DNA of 64,000 bases from Candidatus Altimarinota bacterium (GTDB taxonomy: Bacteria; Patescibacteriota; Gracilibacteria; CAIRYL01), in assembly GCA_965250085.1 (NCBI GenBank), contig OZ252287.1:256001-320000 (forward strand). The letters are read 5' to 3'. The position numbers and the translations under genes were made by a program. A model generated the notes under the pieces. That model saw only the letters and a program-made list of their open reading frames with translations. It was not told the origin of the DNA and did no database searches. This document shows, one piece after another, positions 51,021 to 62,662 of this stretch. Position 1 is the stretch's first letter. Every line of letters starts with the position of its first letter.

Positions 51021-51446
51021 ATGGTCAAAGAAATTTCACGCGTCATAACACTGCAAATCCCTGCAGGAAAAGCAAATCCAGCACCGCCAATTGGTACTGT
51101 TTTGGGGCCTACAGGAATTGATATGCAGCAGTTGTGCCAGCAGTTTAATGATCAAACCAAAGAGATGGGAGACACTATTATTCCTGCAGAAATTACGATT
51201 TATGAGGATCGCTCATTTACTTTTATACTCAAATCTTCTCCTGCAGCGATCCTTCTCAAAAAAGCGGCTGGAATCTCAAAAGGGTCTGGTGTCCCTCATA
51301 CCGAAAAAGTAGCAAGTGTGAGTTGGGCTCAAATTGAAAAAATCGCTGAAGAGAAAATGAGAGATCTCAGTGCAAATGATTTGGAAGGAGCAAAAAAAAT
51401 CATAGCAGGGACTGCCCGATCTATGGGGATTGAGGTCAAAGGATAG
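51021..51446 (+). CDS. rplK: 50S ribosomal protein L11
   Basis: LQIPAGKANPAPPIG; IAGTARSMGIEV. Confidence 0.98.
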   Translation: MVKEISRVITLQIPAGKANPAPPIGTVLGPTGIDMQQLCQQFNDQTKEMGDTIIPAEITIYEDRSFTFILKSSPAAILLKKAAGISKGSGVPHTEKVASVSWAQIEKIAEEKMRDLSANDLEGAKKIIAGTARSMGIEVKG

Positions 51447-51615
51447 CGTCTAAAAATTCCAACCATCAAAGCAAAAAATCCTAAGTAATTTCAAAGTTTT
51501 CTTTTTTGAGTACTTGTTTTCTTATTTGAGCATTATAATTTTGGTATTGTTTGTTTTTTCGATATTTAAACTTAGAACTTTGGAAGTTTTCTAGGATAAA
51601 AAATATTTACAAAAT

Positions 51616-52473
51616 ATGCGTATGGATAAACGACAACTTCTTTCTCCAGCAAAAATAAATCTTTCCCTTACGATTGAGGAAGCACTCCCCTGCTCCATTC
51701 GGAGTAATGAGATGCTCCATACACTTCTCAGCACATTCATTTCCATTCCTATATATGATGAAATCGTAGTAGAAAAAATAGCTCGGAAAAAAATAGAAAT
51801 GTTTTTCTCAGGACCATATTCAAAAGGAATTCCTAATAATGATCACAATAGTATTTATAGGGCCGCAAAGCTCTTTTTCACAGAAACTGGATTTTCAGAA
51901 GGAATACGAATTCACGTTGTCAAAAACATTCCCCTCGCATCAGGTCTTGGTGGTGCGAGTTCCAATGCCGCAACCATATTAATAGCGCTCATAAGAATTT
52001 TTCCAGAAAAGTCACAAAAGATTGGAATACAAAGGTGGAGAGAAATGTGTCTCTCGCTTGGAAGTGACGTTCCCTTTTTCTTTTCTGAAGAAAATGTCGC
52101 AGAAGTTTCCGGCTTTGGTGAAAAAATAAAAAAGATTTCATTCCCTTTTTCAAAGCCAATATACGGAGTCGTTGCGATGCTCCCAAAAATTGCAATAAAA
52201 ACTCCATGGGCATATGAAACCCTTGATTCTTTTAGAAAAAAAGGAGAAAGAGAAGAAAAAGGAAAGAATGACTTTGAACCTTGCATATTTTTTCATTTTC
52301 CAAATTTGGAGAAATTACGAGATAATTTGCTTTCTTTTGGAGCGCTGCAAGCAGGGCTCACCGGTTCAGGAGGAGCTATTTTTGCACTTTTTGAGGAAAA
52401 AAAGAATTCCCTGCTAGCGGAGCAAAAAATACGGTCAAAATGTGAGTATTGGAAAACATTTGAAATCATTTGA
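51616..52473 (+). CDS. ispE: 4-diphosphocytidyl-2-C-methyl-D-erythritol kinase
   Basis: PAKINLSL, KNIPLASGLGGASSNAA, LGSDVPFF, LTGSG. Confidence 0.88.
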   Translation: MRMDKRQLLSPAKINLSLTIEEALPCSIRSNEMLHTLLSTFISIPIYDEIVVEKIARKKIEMFFSGPYSKGIPNNDHNSIYRAAKLFFTETGFSEGIRIHVVKNIPLASGLGGASSNAATILIALIRIFPEKSQKIGIQRWREMCLSLGSDVPFFFSEENVAEVSGFGEKIKKISFPFSKPIYGVVAMLPKIAIKTPWAYETLDSFRKKGEREEKGKNDFEPCIFFHFPNLEKLRDNLLSFGALQAGLTGSGGAIFALFEEKKNSLLAEQKIRSKCEYWKTFEII

Positions 52474-52531
52474 TTTGTCCAAATTTCAAAAATTCTCTAT
52501 TCTCTGCTGTGCATGTATTTTTATGTAGTAT

Positions 52532-53443
52532 ATGAAAAAAATTGCTCTTTTCCTCAGTCTTGTTCTTTTTCTCTTTGGATGCACCTTCCCAAAATTTATA
52601 CCTGGAGAAACTTCTGACGAGGAGCCATTGGAAGGTCCTTCAGATCAACTTGAGCTAAATCAGAGCCCAGATGATCTTTTGGAAAACATACATTTGGAAG
52701 AAATATCTGAAATTGAAGGAGTTTCTGCCTCTGAAAAAGAAAGTACCGATCAAGAAAACAGTTCTGAAATACTTCCGGAAGACCCCATTGCAGAAATTGA
52801 TCTCAGTTTATTAGACGAATCAGAAAATCTTCTACCACCTTCGGAGCACATTGCCCTCGACGTAAACCCTCCTTTTGAGCAGCTCCAGCCTGGAGCAGAA
52901 GATGAAACAGAAGCAAGTTTCGAAGAGATTCCCCCTGAAGGAGCTCCTGCCCCTGAAACTGAGGGAACATTGACTGGCGAAATAGAGATTTTTGAAGACT
53001 ATCAATGTCCATATTGCAAACAATTTGAAAAAGAAGCCCTTATTCCTCTCCGAAACAAACACCTTGGAGTAAGCATTGTTTTCCGGCATTTTCCTCTTTC
53101 TTCCATCCATCCGAATGCTTATGAATCTGCCAAGTTTTCTGTGTGTGCAGAAAATCAGGGAAAATTCGTAGAGGTGAGTGACGCACTCTTTTTAGCTTCT
53201 GATCTATCTACAGAAAATCTCTGGACCCTCGCTGGCAATTTGCAACTCGATACAGAACTCCTTACCACATGCTTGGACTCCTCAGATACCGTCAATAGAA
53301 TCGAGGCTGATCGTACACGCGGACAATCTTTAGGCGTCACTGGCACTCCCACGTTTTTTATAAATGGCAACAAATTCAAAGGAGCGTACCCATTAGAAAA
53401 TGTAGAAATGGAGCTAAGGAAATTTCAGAAAAATAAAAAATAA
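52532..53443 (+). CDS. DsbA-family lipoprotein with acidic linker
   Basis: Lipobox LFGC; DYQCPYC; FRHFPL; GVTGTPTFFING. Confidence 0.9.
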   Translation: MKKIALFLSLVLFLFGCTFPKFIPGETSDEEPLEGPSDQLELNQSPDDLLENIHLEEISEIEGVSASEKESTDQENSSEILPEDPIAEIDLSLLDESENLLPPSEHIALDVNPPFEQLQPGAEDETEASFEEIPPEGAPAPETEGTLTGEIEIFEDYQCPYCKQFEKEALIPLRNKHLGVSIVFRHFPLSSIHPNAYESAKFSVCAENQGKFVEVSDALFLASDLSTENLWTLAGNLQLDTELLTTCLDSSDTVNRIEADRTRGQSLGVTGTPTFFINGNKFKGAYPLENVEMELRKFQKNKK

Positions 53444-53511
53444 ATCCCCCTTTGATAAAGGGGGAGATTTTATTTTTCCCCTCTTTGATAAAGAGGGGCT
53501 AGGGGAGATTT
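53444..53511. repeat. CCCC/GGGG-family palindromic repeat doublet
   Basis: tccccctttgataaagggggaga and tcccctctttgataaagaggggctaggggagattt. Confidence 0.8.
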
Positions 53512-53553
53512 TAGGAAGATTTTTTCAAAAAACTTACATACAATCGTCATATC

Positions 53554-54666
53554 ATGAACAACTTTGATATTATTCAAACGGCATTTACAGAATATCCCCG
53601 AGAAGCAATCGTAACAACTCTTCTGGTCCTCCTTCCCGTCATTGGATGGGGATTTGCCTTTACCAGACGAAAAACACCTGGGAAGAAGGTCATATTTCTC
53701 ACGTTTGGAGCCGGTATTATTTCGGCGCTCATTATGTTTCTCTACCAATATTATTGGGAAACGAAGCTGGATTTTGGATTCTTTGAACTCACACCGGTAG
53801 ATTTTCAAGAAAACATAGGTGGATGGGTGCAAAACAGGCTTCTTTCTATTTTTTTGGTCGCCATGTCTATCGGTCTTATAGAAGAATATTTGAAACATTG
53901 GGTCGTCAAAAAATCAGATCATAACTATTTTGATTCTGTAAATGATGTGATAGAGCTTTCCATCATCGCCGCCTTGGGGTTTGCATTTACAGAAAATATG
54001 ATTTATCTCCTTCGAGAAATCATCACTCATGGCATGACTCAGAAATTTTTTTCTCTCTTTATTTTGAGATCGCTCTTTGTGGTCTTTGTGCATGTGCTGT
54101 GTTCCGGTATTTATGGATACTACTATGGGGTGGGATATTACGCGAGACCGATACTTGAAGAAGACGAACACGAAGGTCGTAAAAGGTGGATCCCTAATTT
54201 TCTTCATCGACTCATTCATTGGAAAAAAGCACGCATCTTTCATGATGAAATGATTGCCTTGGGACTCATTATCTCGGTAGTAATACATGGATTATTCGAC
54301 TTTTTCATGTCTGTCAATTGGAGTGTGGGAAGTATGCTCGGCGTTGCGAGTCTCGAAAAAGTGGGGATCCATATCATCGTTCTGCCCGCATACCTTATCT
54401 TTGGACTCTTATACTTGGCAAAAATATTTCAAAAAAAGAGATATCATGAGCATTTTGGCCATCTCACAGTACAAAAAGTCTATGGCGAATACGATCTCAA
54501 ACAAAATATTGAAAAACTCCGTGAAGTCGAAGAAGCAGTAGAAGAAAACTACCGCCACAAAAATGAGGGAAAATCTGAGGAAAACTTAGAAGAAAACCTC
54601 AAAAAAATGAGAGATATGGAAGAGACAATTGAAGATCATTATAAGAATCAGAGAAAAGATTCATAA
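53554..54666 (+). CDS. PrsW-family intramembrane metalloprotease
   Basis: GLIEEYLK, LGFAFTEN, VHVLCSG, IHGLFD; multi-TM. Confidence 0.88.
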   Translation: MNNFDIIQTAFTEYPREAIVTTLLVLLPVIGWGFAFTRRKTPGKKVIFLTFGAGIISALIMFLYQYYWETKLDFGFFELTPVDFQENIGGWVQNRLLSIFLVAMSIGLIEEYLKHWVVKKSDHNYFDSVNDVIELSIIAALGFAFTENMIYLLREIITHGMTQKFFSLFILRSLFVVFVHVLCSGIYGYYYGVGYYARPILEEDEHEGRKRWIPNFLHRLIHWKKARIFHDEMIALGLIISVVIHGLFDFFMSVNWSVGSMLGVASLEKVGIHIIVLPAYLIFGLLYLAKIFQKKRYHEHFGHLTVQKVYGEYDLKQNIEKLREVEEAVEENYRHKNEGKSEENLEENLKKMRDMEETIEDHYKNQRKDS

Positions 54667-54796
54667 GGCATGAAAAAGTCCCTAGAAGGGGGTGATAGGC
54701 TACTGGTTTAATTCCAGTATGGATCAAGTCTCCCATCTCTGAATTTATCTCTCTTCCATTGTTCTCGTGCATATTTCTCTGCTATGTCTTCATCTG

Positions 54797-55723
54797 TTAA
54801 GATATCCATGGAACCCTGAGTGAGCCGCGCCATCCTAGGTTTTTGCTCCAATCTTCAACGTTTCGTAAGCATACGTTAGTCCCCCCAGTCCCCATTAAAG
54901 CTCTATCACTCATTCTTATATTGATATCTGTATTGAGCCAACAAGAATCATTTTGATCAAGACGATTCCCACCAGAATGTGGATGAGAGCCTGCATCATA
55001 CTTTGGTCCAAGAACATATAGGTAGTGATGTTCACTCATAAGTTTTACACCCATTGCCTCAGCTTGTTCTACAGCACCATTTTTATTGAGGCGTTTTGAA
55101 GCTAATTTCTTTTCTCGTTCGCTTAGTTTTCTTGACCTCCTGACATGCTCAAGTGCAGTATTGTCGAACACGCAAAAAGAAGAATCTATAGGAGTATCCA
55201 GGGAACAAGTACCAACATTAAACCCAAATTCATCTGAATGATAGATATTTGGCTCATGGCCTGCTTGTTCCATTTGACGAATGCTCCAGATAAACCTTGG
55301 GTCCTCCTCAATAGAACCTTTAACTTTGTACAATTGTAAATCTTCTTGACCTTTATGTAAGTTTTCACATCTTCTATATCTTTTAGATAGGATTCGAAAG
55401 GTCTCTTCTTTTTTTTCTGAAGTGAGTTCATATGATTGATCTTCATTTGACTCAGAGGTTTCTGAAGGAAGATGTTGTAAAGCTATCCTTAATGCTTCAT
55501 TACTCACGTTTTTCTTTATTTTATTCACATCACTTTCCGATGAAAGGTTTATTCTACCTCCAATGTCATCAATAGTAGCATCTCCCAAAAGTGCCATTCT
55601 CTCTAGGAGGAATATGGTCCTTTCTTCAGATGATTCCTCTGGTTTTCTACTGTCTTTGTCCTCTTGAGTAGCGGTATGCACTATTGGAGTTTTGGTGGAA
55701 GATGAATCTGGTAGCTCTGACAT
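54797..55723 (-). CDS. DUF4256-like protein with N-terminal extension
   Basis: WSIRQMEQAGHEP, CSLDTP, AVEQAEAMGVKLM, SCWLNT, GWRGSLRV. Confidence 0.7.
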   Translation of the reverse strand: MSELPDSSSTKTPIVHTATQEDKDSRKPEESSEERTIFLLERMALLGDATIDDIGGRINLSSESDVNKIKKNVSNEALRIALQHLPSETSESNEDQSYELTSEKKEETFRILSKRYRRCENLHKGQEDLQLYKVKGSIEEDPRFIWSIRQMEQAGHEPNIYHSDEFGFNVGTCSLDTPIDSSFCVFDNTALEHVRRSRKLSEREKKLASKRLNKNGAVEQAEAMGVKLMSEHHYLYVLGPKYDAGSHPHSGGNRLDQNDSCWLNTDINIRMSDRALMGTGGTNVCLRNVEDWSKNLGWRGSLRVPWIS

Positions 55724-55788
55724 TAGGATGTTGTAAAATAATTTAAGCTAAGAGCAGAAAAGGATTGTGGGGTATTTCTGACATCTTC

Positions 55789-55817
55789 ATTTTAGTATAC
55801 ATTTTACTTTATGTCAA
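55789..55817 (-). promoter_or_regulatory. Promoter of the DUF4256-like gene
   Basis: TTGACA-17-TAAAAT on the minus strand. Confidence 0.7.
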
Positions 55818-55988
55818 TACCTAGTCTTGTCTAATACAAGATTGCCCTGAACAAAGGATCGATTTCTAACGCAGAATTGCCCTGAATGGTCTAAAATGGA
55901 CAGCTTTATCACTCCATTTAATGACTTTCATGTTTAATGACCGTAAAATTCGACGGGTACAGGATCTACTTCCATTTCTGAATACTCT

Positions 55989-56416
55989 GTTGGTTCAGGT
56001 TTGCAACCTGAATCCCTCTGTTTCCATCGCTTTTTTATGCTGAAATGCCCTCCTTCGAAGGGGTCCCTTTGGGACAAGGGTTCTCTCATGGAGAACGGGA
56101 AGACAGAGACATCAGAAGTAAGTTACAAACTTGCTCCAACGGAAGATGAATATTTCAATCAAGTAGAGGACGGGTTGCGACCCGTCCCTTCCATAAGAGT
56201 GTCGTGAGCCTAAGGCTGGTTCAACTCTCGTGAGTTGAATCATGATGTTTCGGTTGCTCCAAATTCTTTCCCCCAAAGTAAGAAGCGCAATGGATCGTAT
56301 CTCTTTTCTGTCCTCGAAATAAGGGGAGCAACTCAGAGAGATTGCTCCAGCTTAACTTTCGAGTAGTCCCTACAAAAACTGACAACTGACTTGACTACGA
56401 AGCGACCCCTTTGGGG
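55989..56416. repeat. Cluster of nested REP-like palindromes
   Basis: gttggttcaggtttgcaacctgaatcc; gtaagttacaaacttgctccaac; gtagaggacgggttgcgacccgtcc; gctggttcaactctcgtgagttgaatc; ggagcaactcagagagattgctccagc. Confidence 0.75.
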
Positions 56417-56424
56417 CTTACTCC

Positions 56425-58380
56425 TTATTTCTTCTTTTTCTTCTTCTCTTCTTTTTTCTCTTTTTTATCCTCCTTTTTCTTATCATCATCTACCACTTCT
56501 GCATCTTCGACATCATCCTTTTTTTCGTCTGAAGCATCAGAGCTCTTCTTGTCTTCTTCTGCTTTTGCCTCTTCAGCGGCCTTCTGATAGATCTCAGCAC
56601 CACCTTTTTGAAGCGCTTCCATAAGAGTGTCGTGAGCCTTTTTGAGTTCTTCTCCAGAGGCTTTTTCATTTTTGAGCACCTCTCCAGCTGATGTGAGCTC
56701 TTTTTGAATCGCTTCTACATTTTCTTTGGATATCTTATCTTCATCATCTTTTATCATTTTTTCTCCTTGAAACACAGCAGCATCCAAGTGATTGCGGGCT
56801 TCTATCAATTCTTTCTTCTGCTTGTCTTCATCAGCATGTGCTTCAGCATCTTTTTGCATCTTCTCGACTTCTTCTTCACTGAGACCAGATGATCCTTGGA
56901 TCGTAATATGCTGCTCCTTTCCAGTGCCCTTATCCTTTGCTTTGACATTCAAGATACCATTAGCATCGATATCAAAGGTGACCTCAATTTGGGGTACGCC
57001 ACGCGGAGCTGGAGGAATTCCATCCAAGATGAATCTTCCAAGTGATTTGTTATCTACGGCCATTTCGCGCTCTCCTTGAGACACATGCACCTCCACACTG
57101 CCCTGGTTATCAGCAGCAGTAGAAAAAATCTGAGATTTTGATGTGGGGATAGTGGTGTTTCGTTCAATGAGTTTGGTGGCAATTCCTCCCAGAGTTTCAA
57201 TACCGAGAGAAAGCGGAGTCACATCCAGAAGTACGACATCCTTTACATCACCAGTAAGGACTCCTCCTTGGATAGCGGCCCCAATAGCAACCACTTCATC
57301 AGGATTGACTCCTTTGTGTGGATCTTTTCCAAAAAACTTCTTTACCGCCTCTTGCACTGCTGGCATACGCGTCATTCCTCCTACGAGAATCACCTCATCG
57401 ATGTCACTTGCTTTGAGCTTGGCGTCTTTGAGGGCTTTTTCGCAGGGTGTGATTGACCTTTCGATCAGATCTGAAACCATGCTTTCGAGCTTGGCTCGTG
57501 AGAGTTTGTGCACAAAGTGCTTTGGCCCACTACTATCGGCGGTAATAAAGGGCAAATTAATCTCCGTCTCGGTATTAGAAGAAAGTTCTATTTTTGCCTT
57601 TTCTGCACCTTCTTTCAGTCTCTGGAGTGCCATTTGGTCCTTGGAGAGATCAATGCCTTCCGATTTTTTGAATTCTGCGAGGAGATGATCAATGATTGCC
57701 TGATCAAAGTCGTCACCTCCAAGATGAGTATCTCCATTCGTGGCGATTACTTCAAAAACTCCATCTCCGAGTTCAAGAAGAGAAATATCAAAAGTTCCTC
57801 CTCCCAGATCATAAACGGCGATTTTTTCATTTTTATGCTTTTTTTCCAGTCCATATGCGAGTGCAGCAGCGGTTGGTTCGTTGATAATACGCTCTACTTC
57901 GAGTCCAGCAATCTTTCCGGCATCCTTGGTGGCTTGGCGCTGTGAATCATTAAAATATGCTGGAACAGTGATCACTGCTTTTGTTACTGGCTGACCCAGA
58001 AAACTCTCTGCATCTACTTTGAGTTTTTGCAAAATCATAGCCGCAATTTCTGCTGGTTGTTTTTCTTTGCCATCAAACATAATGCGCACATCACCATCTT
58101 TTCCCTTTGTAATGTCATAGGGCATTTCTTTCATTTCTTGTTTTACTTCGTCGTACTTACGACCGACAAAACGTTTGGAAGAAAAAATAGTGTTTTTGGG
58201 GTTGGTGACTGCTTGGCGTTTTGCAGGGATCCCTACCAGACGCTCAGCATCTTTTTGTGCGACGACAGATGGAGTCGTTCTCCCTCCTTCTGCATTGGGG
58301 ATAACCGTTGGCTCTCCACCTTCCATCACGGCAACGCATGAGTTGGTGGTCCCGAGATCGATTCCTATAATTTTTGACAT
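56425..58380 (-). CDS. dnaK: Chaperone DnaK
   Basis: [31 protein letters not shown]; start ATG 58380. Confidence 0.99.
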   Translation of the reverse strand: MSKIIGIDLGTTNSCVAVMEGGEPTVIPNAEGGRTTPSVVAQKDAERLVGIPAKRQAVTNPKNTIFSSKRFVGRKYDEVKQEMKEMPYDITKGKDGDVRIMFDGKEKQPAEIAAMILQKLKVDAESFLGQPVTKAVITVPAYFNDSQRQATKDAGKIAGLEVERIINEPTAAALAYGLEKKHKNEKIAVYDLGGGTFDISLLELGDGVFEVIATNGDTHLGGDDFDQAIIDHLLAEFKKSEGIDLSKDQMALQRLKEGAEKAKIELSSNTETEINLPFITADSSGPKHFVHKLSRAKLESMVSDLIERSITPCEKALKDAKLKASDIDEVILVGGMTRMPAVQEAVKKFFGKDPHKGVNPDEVVAIGAAIQGGVLTGDVKDVVLLDVTPLSLGIETLGGIATKLIERNTTIPTSKSQIFSTAADNQGSVEVHVSQGEREMAVDNKSLGRFILDGIPPAPRGVPQIEVTFDIDANGILNVKAKDKGTGKEQHITIQGSSGLSEEEVEKMQKDAEAHADEDKQKKELIEARNHLDAAVFQGEKMIKDDEDKISKENVEAIQKELTSAGEVLKNEKASGEELKKAHDTLMEALQKGGAEIYQKAAEEAKAEEDKKSSDASDEKKDDVEDAEVVDDDKKKEDKKEKKEEKKKKKK

Positions 58381-58406
58381 TTTGAAATAAAATAAAAAAT
58401 AAAAAC

Positions 58407-58433
58407 TTAGCACTCTCCATTTTAGAGTGCTAA
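58407..58433. promoter_or_regulatory. CIRCE operator (HrcA) overlapping the dnaK promoter
   Basis: Perfect TTAGCACTC-N9-GAGTGCTAA; minus-strand TTGACG-17-TAAAAT overlaps it. Confidence 0.95.
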
Positions 58434-58480
58434 AGAAGATGCGTCAAGAACTTTTTTTTAGATTTTATATTTTTTGTCGT

Positions 58481-58738
58481 CTATTCCACAGAGATATTCG
58501 TTCCTGTTGATTCTTGGAATGCGGTTATTTTCCGATAAAAATTAGGATCAATTTTATTATGATTTTTAAGTGTTATTGTTGTAGAAATCCCATCTCTCAC
58601 TATCTCTACAAGAGTAGCTGAGCTCTCTTCTAAAGCGACACAGAAGTGTGTATTTGAAAGGATGCTTTCAACATTCTGATGATCGGTTGTAATGGTGATC
58701 GTTTCCGTTTCTTGATTTTCAAATATTTCTGTTGGCAT
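58481..58738 (-). CDS. Small hypothetical protein (paralog pair member)
   Basis: 85 aa; C-terminus similar to the adjacent ORF. Confidence 0.6.
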   Translation of the reverse strand: MPTEIFENQETETITITTDHQNVESILSNTHFCVALEESSATLVEIVRDGISTTITLKNHNKIDPNFYRKITAFQESTGTNISVE

Positions 58739-58767
58739 ATGGACTAAAAAAAAATATGTTCCCCAAA

Positions 58768-59016
58768 TTATTGCACCGTGACATACGCTCCCCTAGTATT
58801 TTGAAGTTTTCTTATCTGGGAATTAAAATCAGGATGAATTCCTGCACTGCTCCCAAATTGAACCTTAAATTGTCCAGAATCTGGATCTAAGGTCGCTGCT
58901 ACTTCAGAATTTGAGTTCATTATGAGTCCAGTGATAATATCTTCCTCATGTTCCCCCGTCTCGTGCCTGCTTACAATAGTGACAGTATCCCATTCTTTTG
59001 GTACTTCTCTAGGCAT
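58768..59016 (-). CDS. Small hypothetical protein (paralog pair member)
   Basis: 82 aa; C-terminus similar to the adjacent ORF. Confidence 0.6.
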   Translation of the reverse strand: MPREVPKEWDTVTIVSRHETGEHEEDIITGLIMNSNSEVAATLDPDSGQFKVQFGSSAGIHPDFNSQIRKLQNTRGAYVTVQ

Positions 59017-59026
59017 ATTAAATATA

Positions 59027-59736
59027 GGCTCTTGAGTAGAATAATTACTTCAATTATTCTCTTAACATGCTTAAACACAGTAAAATATCGAATTATAAGA
59101 TCAAAAAAATATTGAAGTGTTTTTGTGAAGATCTCAATGCATCAAAAACAGCAAATATTCTAGATCTCAATCGGAGAACGGTTGATCGATATTTTAATAT
59201 TTTTAGAGAAAAGATTGCAAAGTTCTCTTTAGCACAGTCAAAGAGTTTTGGAGAATTTGAACTTGATGAAAGTTACTTTGGAGCAAAGAGAATGAGAGGA
59301 AAGAGAGGAAGAGGAGCCGCAGGAAAGACTCCTGTCTTTGGAATCCTTCAAAGAGAAGGAAGGGTATTTGTTTCTATTGTAAAAGATTGCTCCAGAAAAG
59401 AGCTCCTACCTATTATTCAAGGAAAAATACTAGAAGGATCAACTATTCATACTGATGGATGGAGAGCTTATGATGGACTCATTCTCAATGGATATGATCA
59501 CTATCGTATTCATCACTCAGAAAATGAATTTGCACGAGGAAAATGTCATGTAAATGGTATTGAATCCTTTTGGTCTTTTGCGAAAAGAAGACTCTCTAAG
59601 TTTAACGGAATTGCTTCTCACAAGTTTAACTTTCACCTCAAAGAATGTGAGTGGCGATGGAACTATAAAGATCAAGATATTTTTGTTATAATGTCCAAAA
59701 TTATCAGAGATTTTTAAAATCTCCTACTCTAGAGCC
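59027..59736 (+). mobile_element. IS1595-family (IS1016-like) insertion sequence, 710 bp
   Basis: TIRs ggctcttgagtag / ctactctagagcc; 8-bp TSD TAAATATA at 59019-59026 and 59737-59744. Confidence 0.93.
59067..59717 (+). CDS. IS1595-family transposase
   Basis: ELDESYFG, KRGRGAAGKTPVFG, IHTDGW, HVNGIESFWS, LKECEWR. Confidence 0.95.
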   Translation: MLKHSKISNYKIKKILKCFCEDLNASKTANILDLNRRTVDRYFNIFREKIAKFSLAQSKSFGEFELDESYFGAKRMRGKRGRGAAGKTPVFGILQREGRVFVSIVKDCSRKELLPIIQGKILEGSTIHTDGWRAYDGLILNGYDHYRIHHSENEFARGKCHVNGIESFWSFAKRRLSKFNGIASHKFNFHLKECEWRWNYKDQDIFVIMSKIIRDF

Positions 59737-59828
59737 TAAATATATTAAAGAATAATTTATTTTAGTATTAAACTTCTGCATATATTTGTCAAGAAAATTC
59801 CGTATTTATCACGCTTTTTACTAGATAA

Positions 59829-61871
<2,043 letters not shown>

Positions 61872-61944
61872 GAAAATATATTTTAAGTAATTTTTAATAT
61901 TCTTTGCTTCAAGGGGAGTTTTTTTGTGTTTTAAAAATTATTTA

Positions 61945-62595
61945 ATGAAAATCCTTTCAAAAACAATTTCCTTCCTTTTTCCTCCCGAATGTCTTGGGTG
62001 TTCACAGGAAGGAAATTTTGTCTGTCAGAAATGTGTAAACCTTATTCCCAGAAAAGTCTCTAAACGATCTTTTGACCTCAAGTATTTTGAAAAAATATGG
62101 GTACTCACCGATTACGAAAATCCAATTGTAGAAAAATCTATAGCGCAATTTAAATTCAAGCTTTCAAAAAAAATATTAGATGATTTGTCTCTGTTTTTTG
62201 AAAAATCACTCCCAAAGAAGAAAATTCCAGAAGGCGCTATATTTGTCCCTGTCCCACTTCATCCATTTCGCCAAAACAAGAGAGGATATAACCAAAGTTT
62301 ACTGTTGGCAGAAACATTTTCCAATATTTGCTTTGGAGAAAATCGTGTACAGAATATCTTAAAACGCATCAGAAATACTCGCCAGCAAGTAAAACTTTCA
62401 AAGGCTGAAAGGAAAGAAAACGTAAAGAACGCTTTTCAGGTGGATACACAAAAAACAAAAATTCCACTCAAAACACCAATTATTTTGATAGATGATGTGG
62501 CAACAACCGGATCAACGCTCCTTGAATGTGCAAAAGCACTAAAGCAATATGGCTATGATTATGTCTGGGGACTCGTCATTGCCAGAGGAAGATAA
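61945..62595 (+). CDS. comF: ComF-family competence protein
   Basis: FPPECLGC..VCQKC; VPVPLH; RGYNQS; LIDDVATTGSTL. Confidence 0.9.
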   Translation: MKILSKTISFLFPPECLGCSQEGNFVCQKCVNLIPRKVSKRSFDLKYFEKIWVLTDYENPIVEKSIAQFKFKLSKKILDDLSLFFEKSLPKKKIPEGAIFVPVPLHPFRQNKRGYNQSLLLAETFSNICFGENRVQNILKRIRNTRQQVKLSKAERKENVKNAFQVDTQKTKIPLKTPIILIDDVATTGSTLLECAKALKQYGYDYVWGLVIARGR

Positions 62596-62662
62596 TGAGT
62601 TACGAATTACGAATGGGGAAGTTACGAATAAAAAAATTCGTAATTGTTACATTCGTAATTGA
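62596..62662. repeat. Inverted heptamer (ttacgaa/ttcgtaa) short-repeat element between convergent genes
   Basis: gttacgaattacgaat..gttacgaat..attcgtaatt..attcgtaatt. Confidence 0.7.

Noticed and set aside
54797-55723. Complete diversity-generating retroelement
   Set aside because: No reverse transcriptase, Avd or template repeat seen in the window.
56001-56207. 68-aa ORF
   Set aside because: TTG start, runs through REP-like hairpins, no recognisable motif.
55820-56420. tmRNA, RNase P RNA or CRISPR array
   Set aside because: No tRNA-like ends, no GAGGAAAGUCC motif, and no identical regularly spaced repeats were found by eye.
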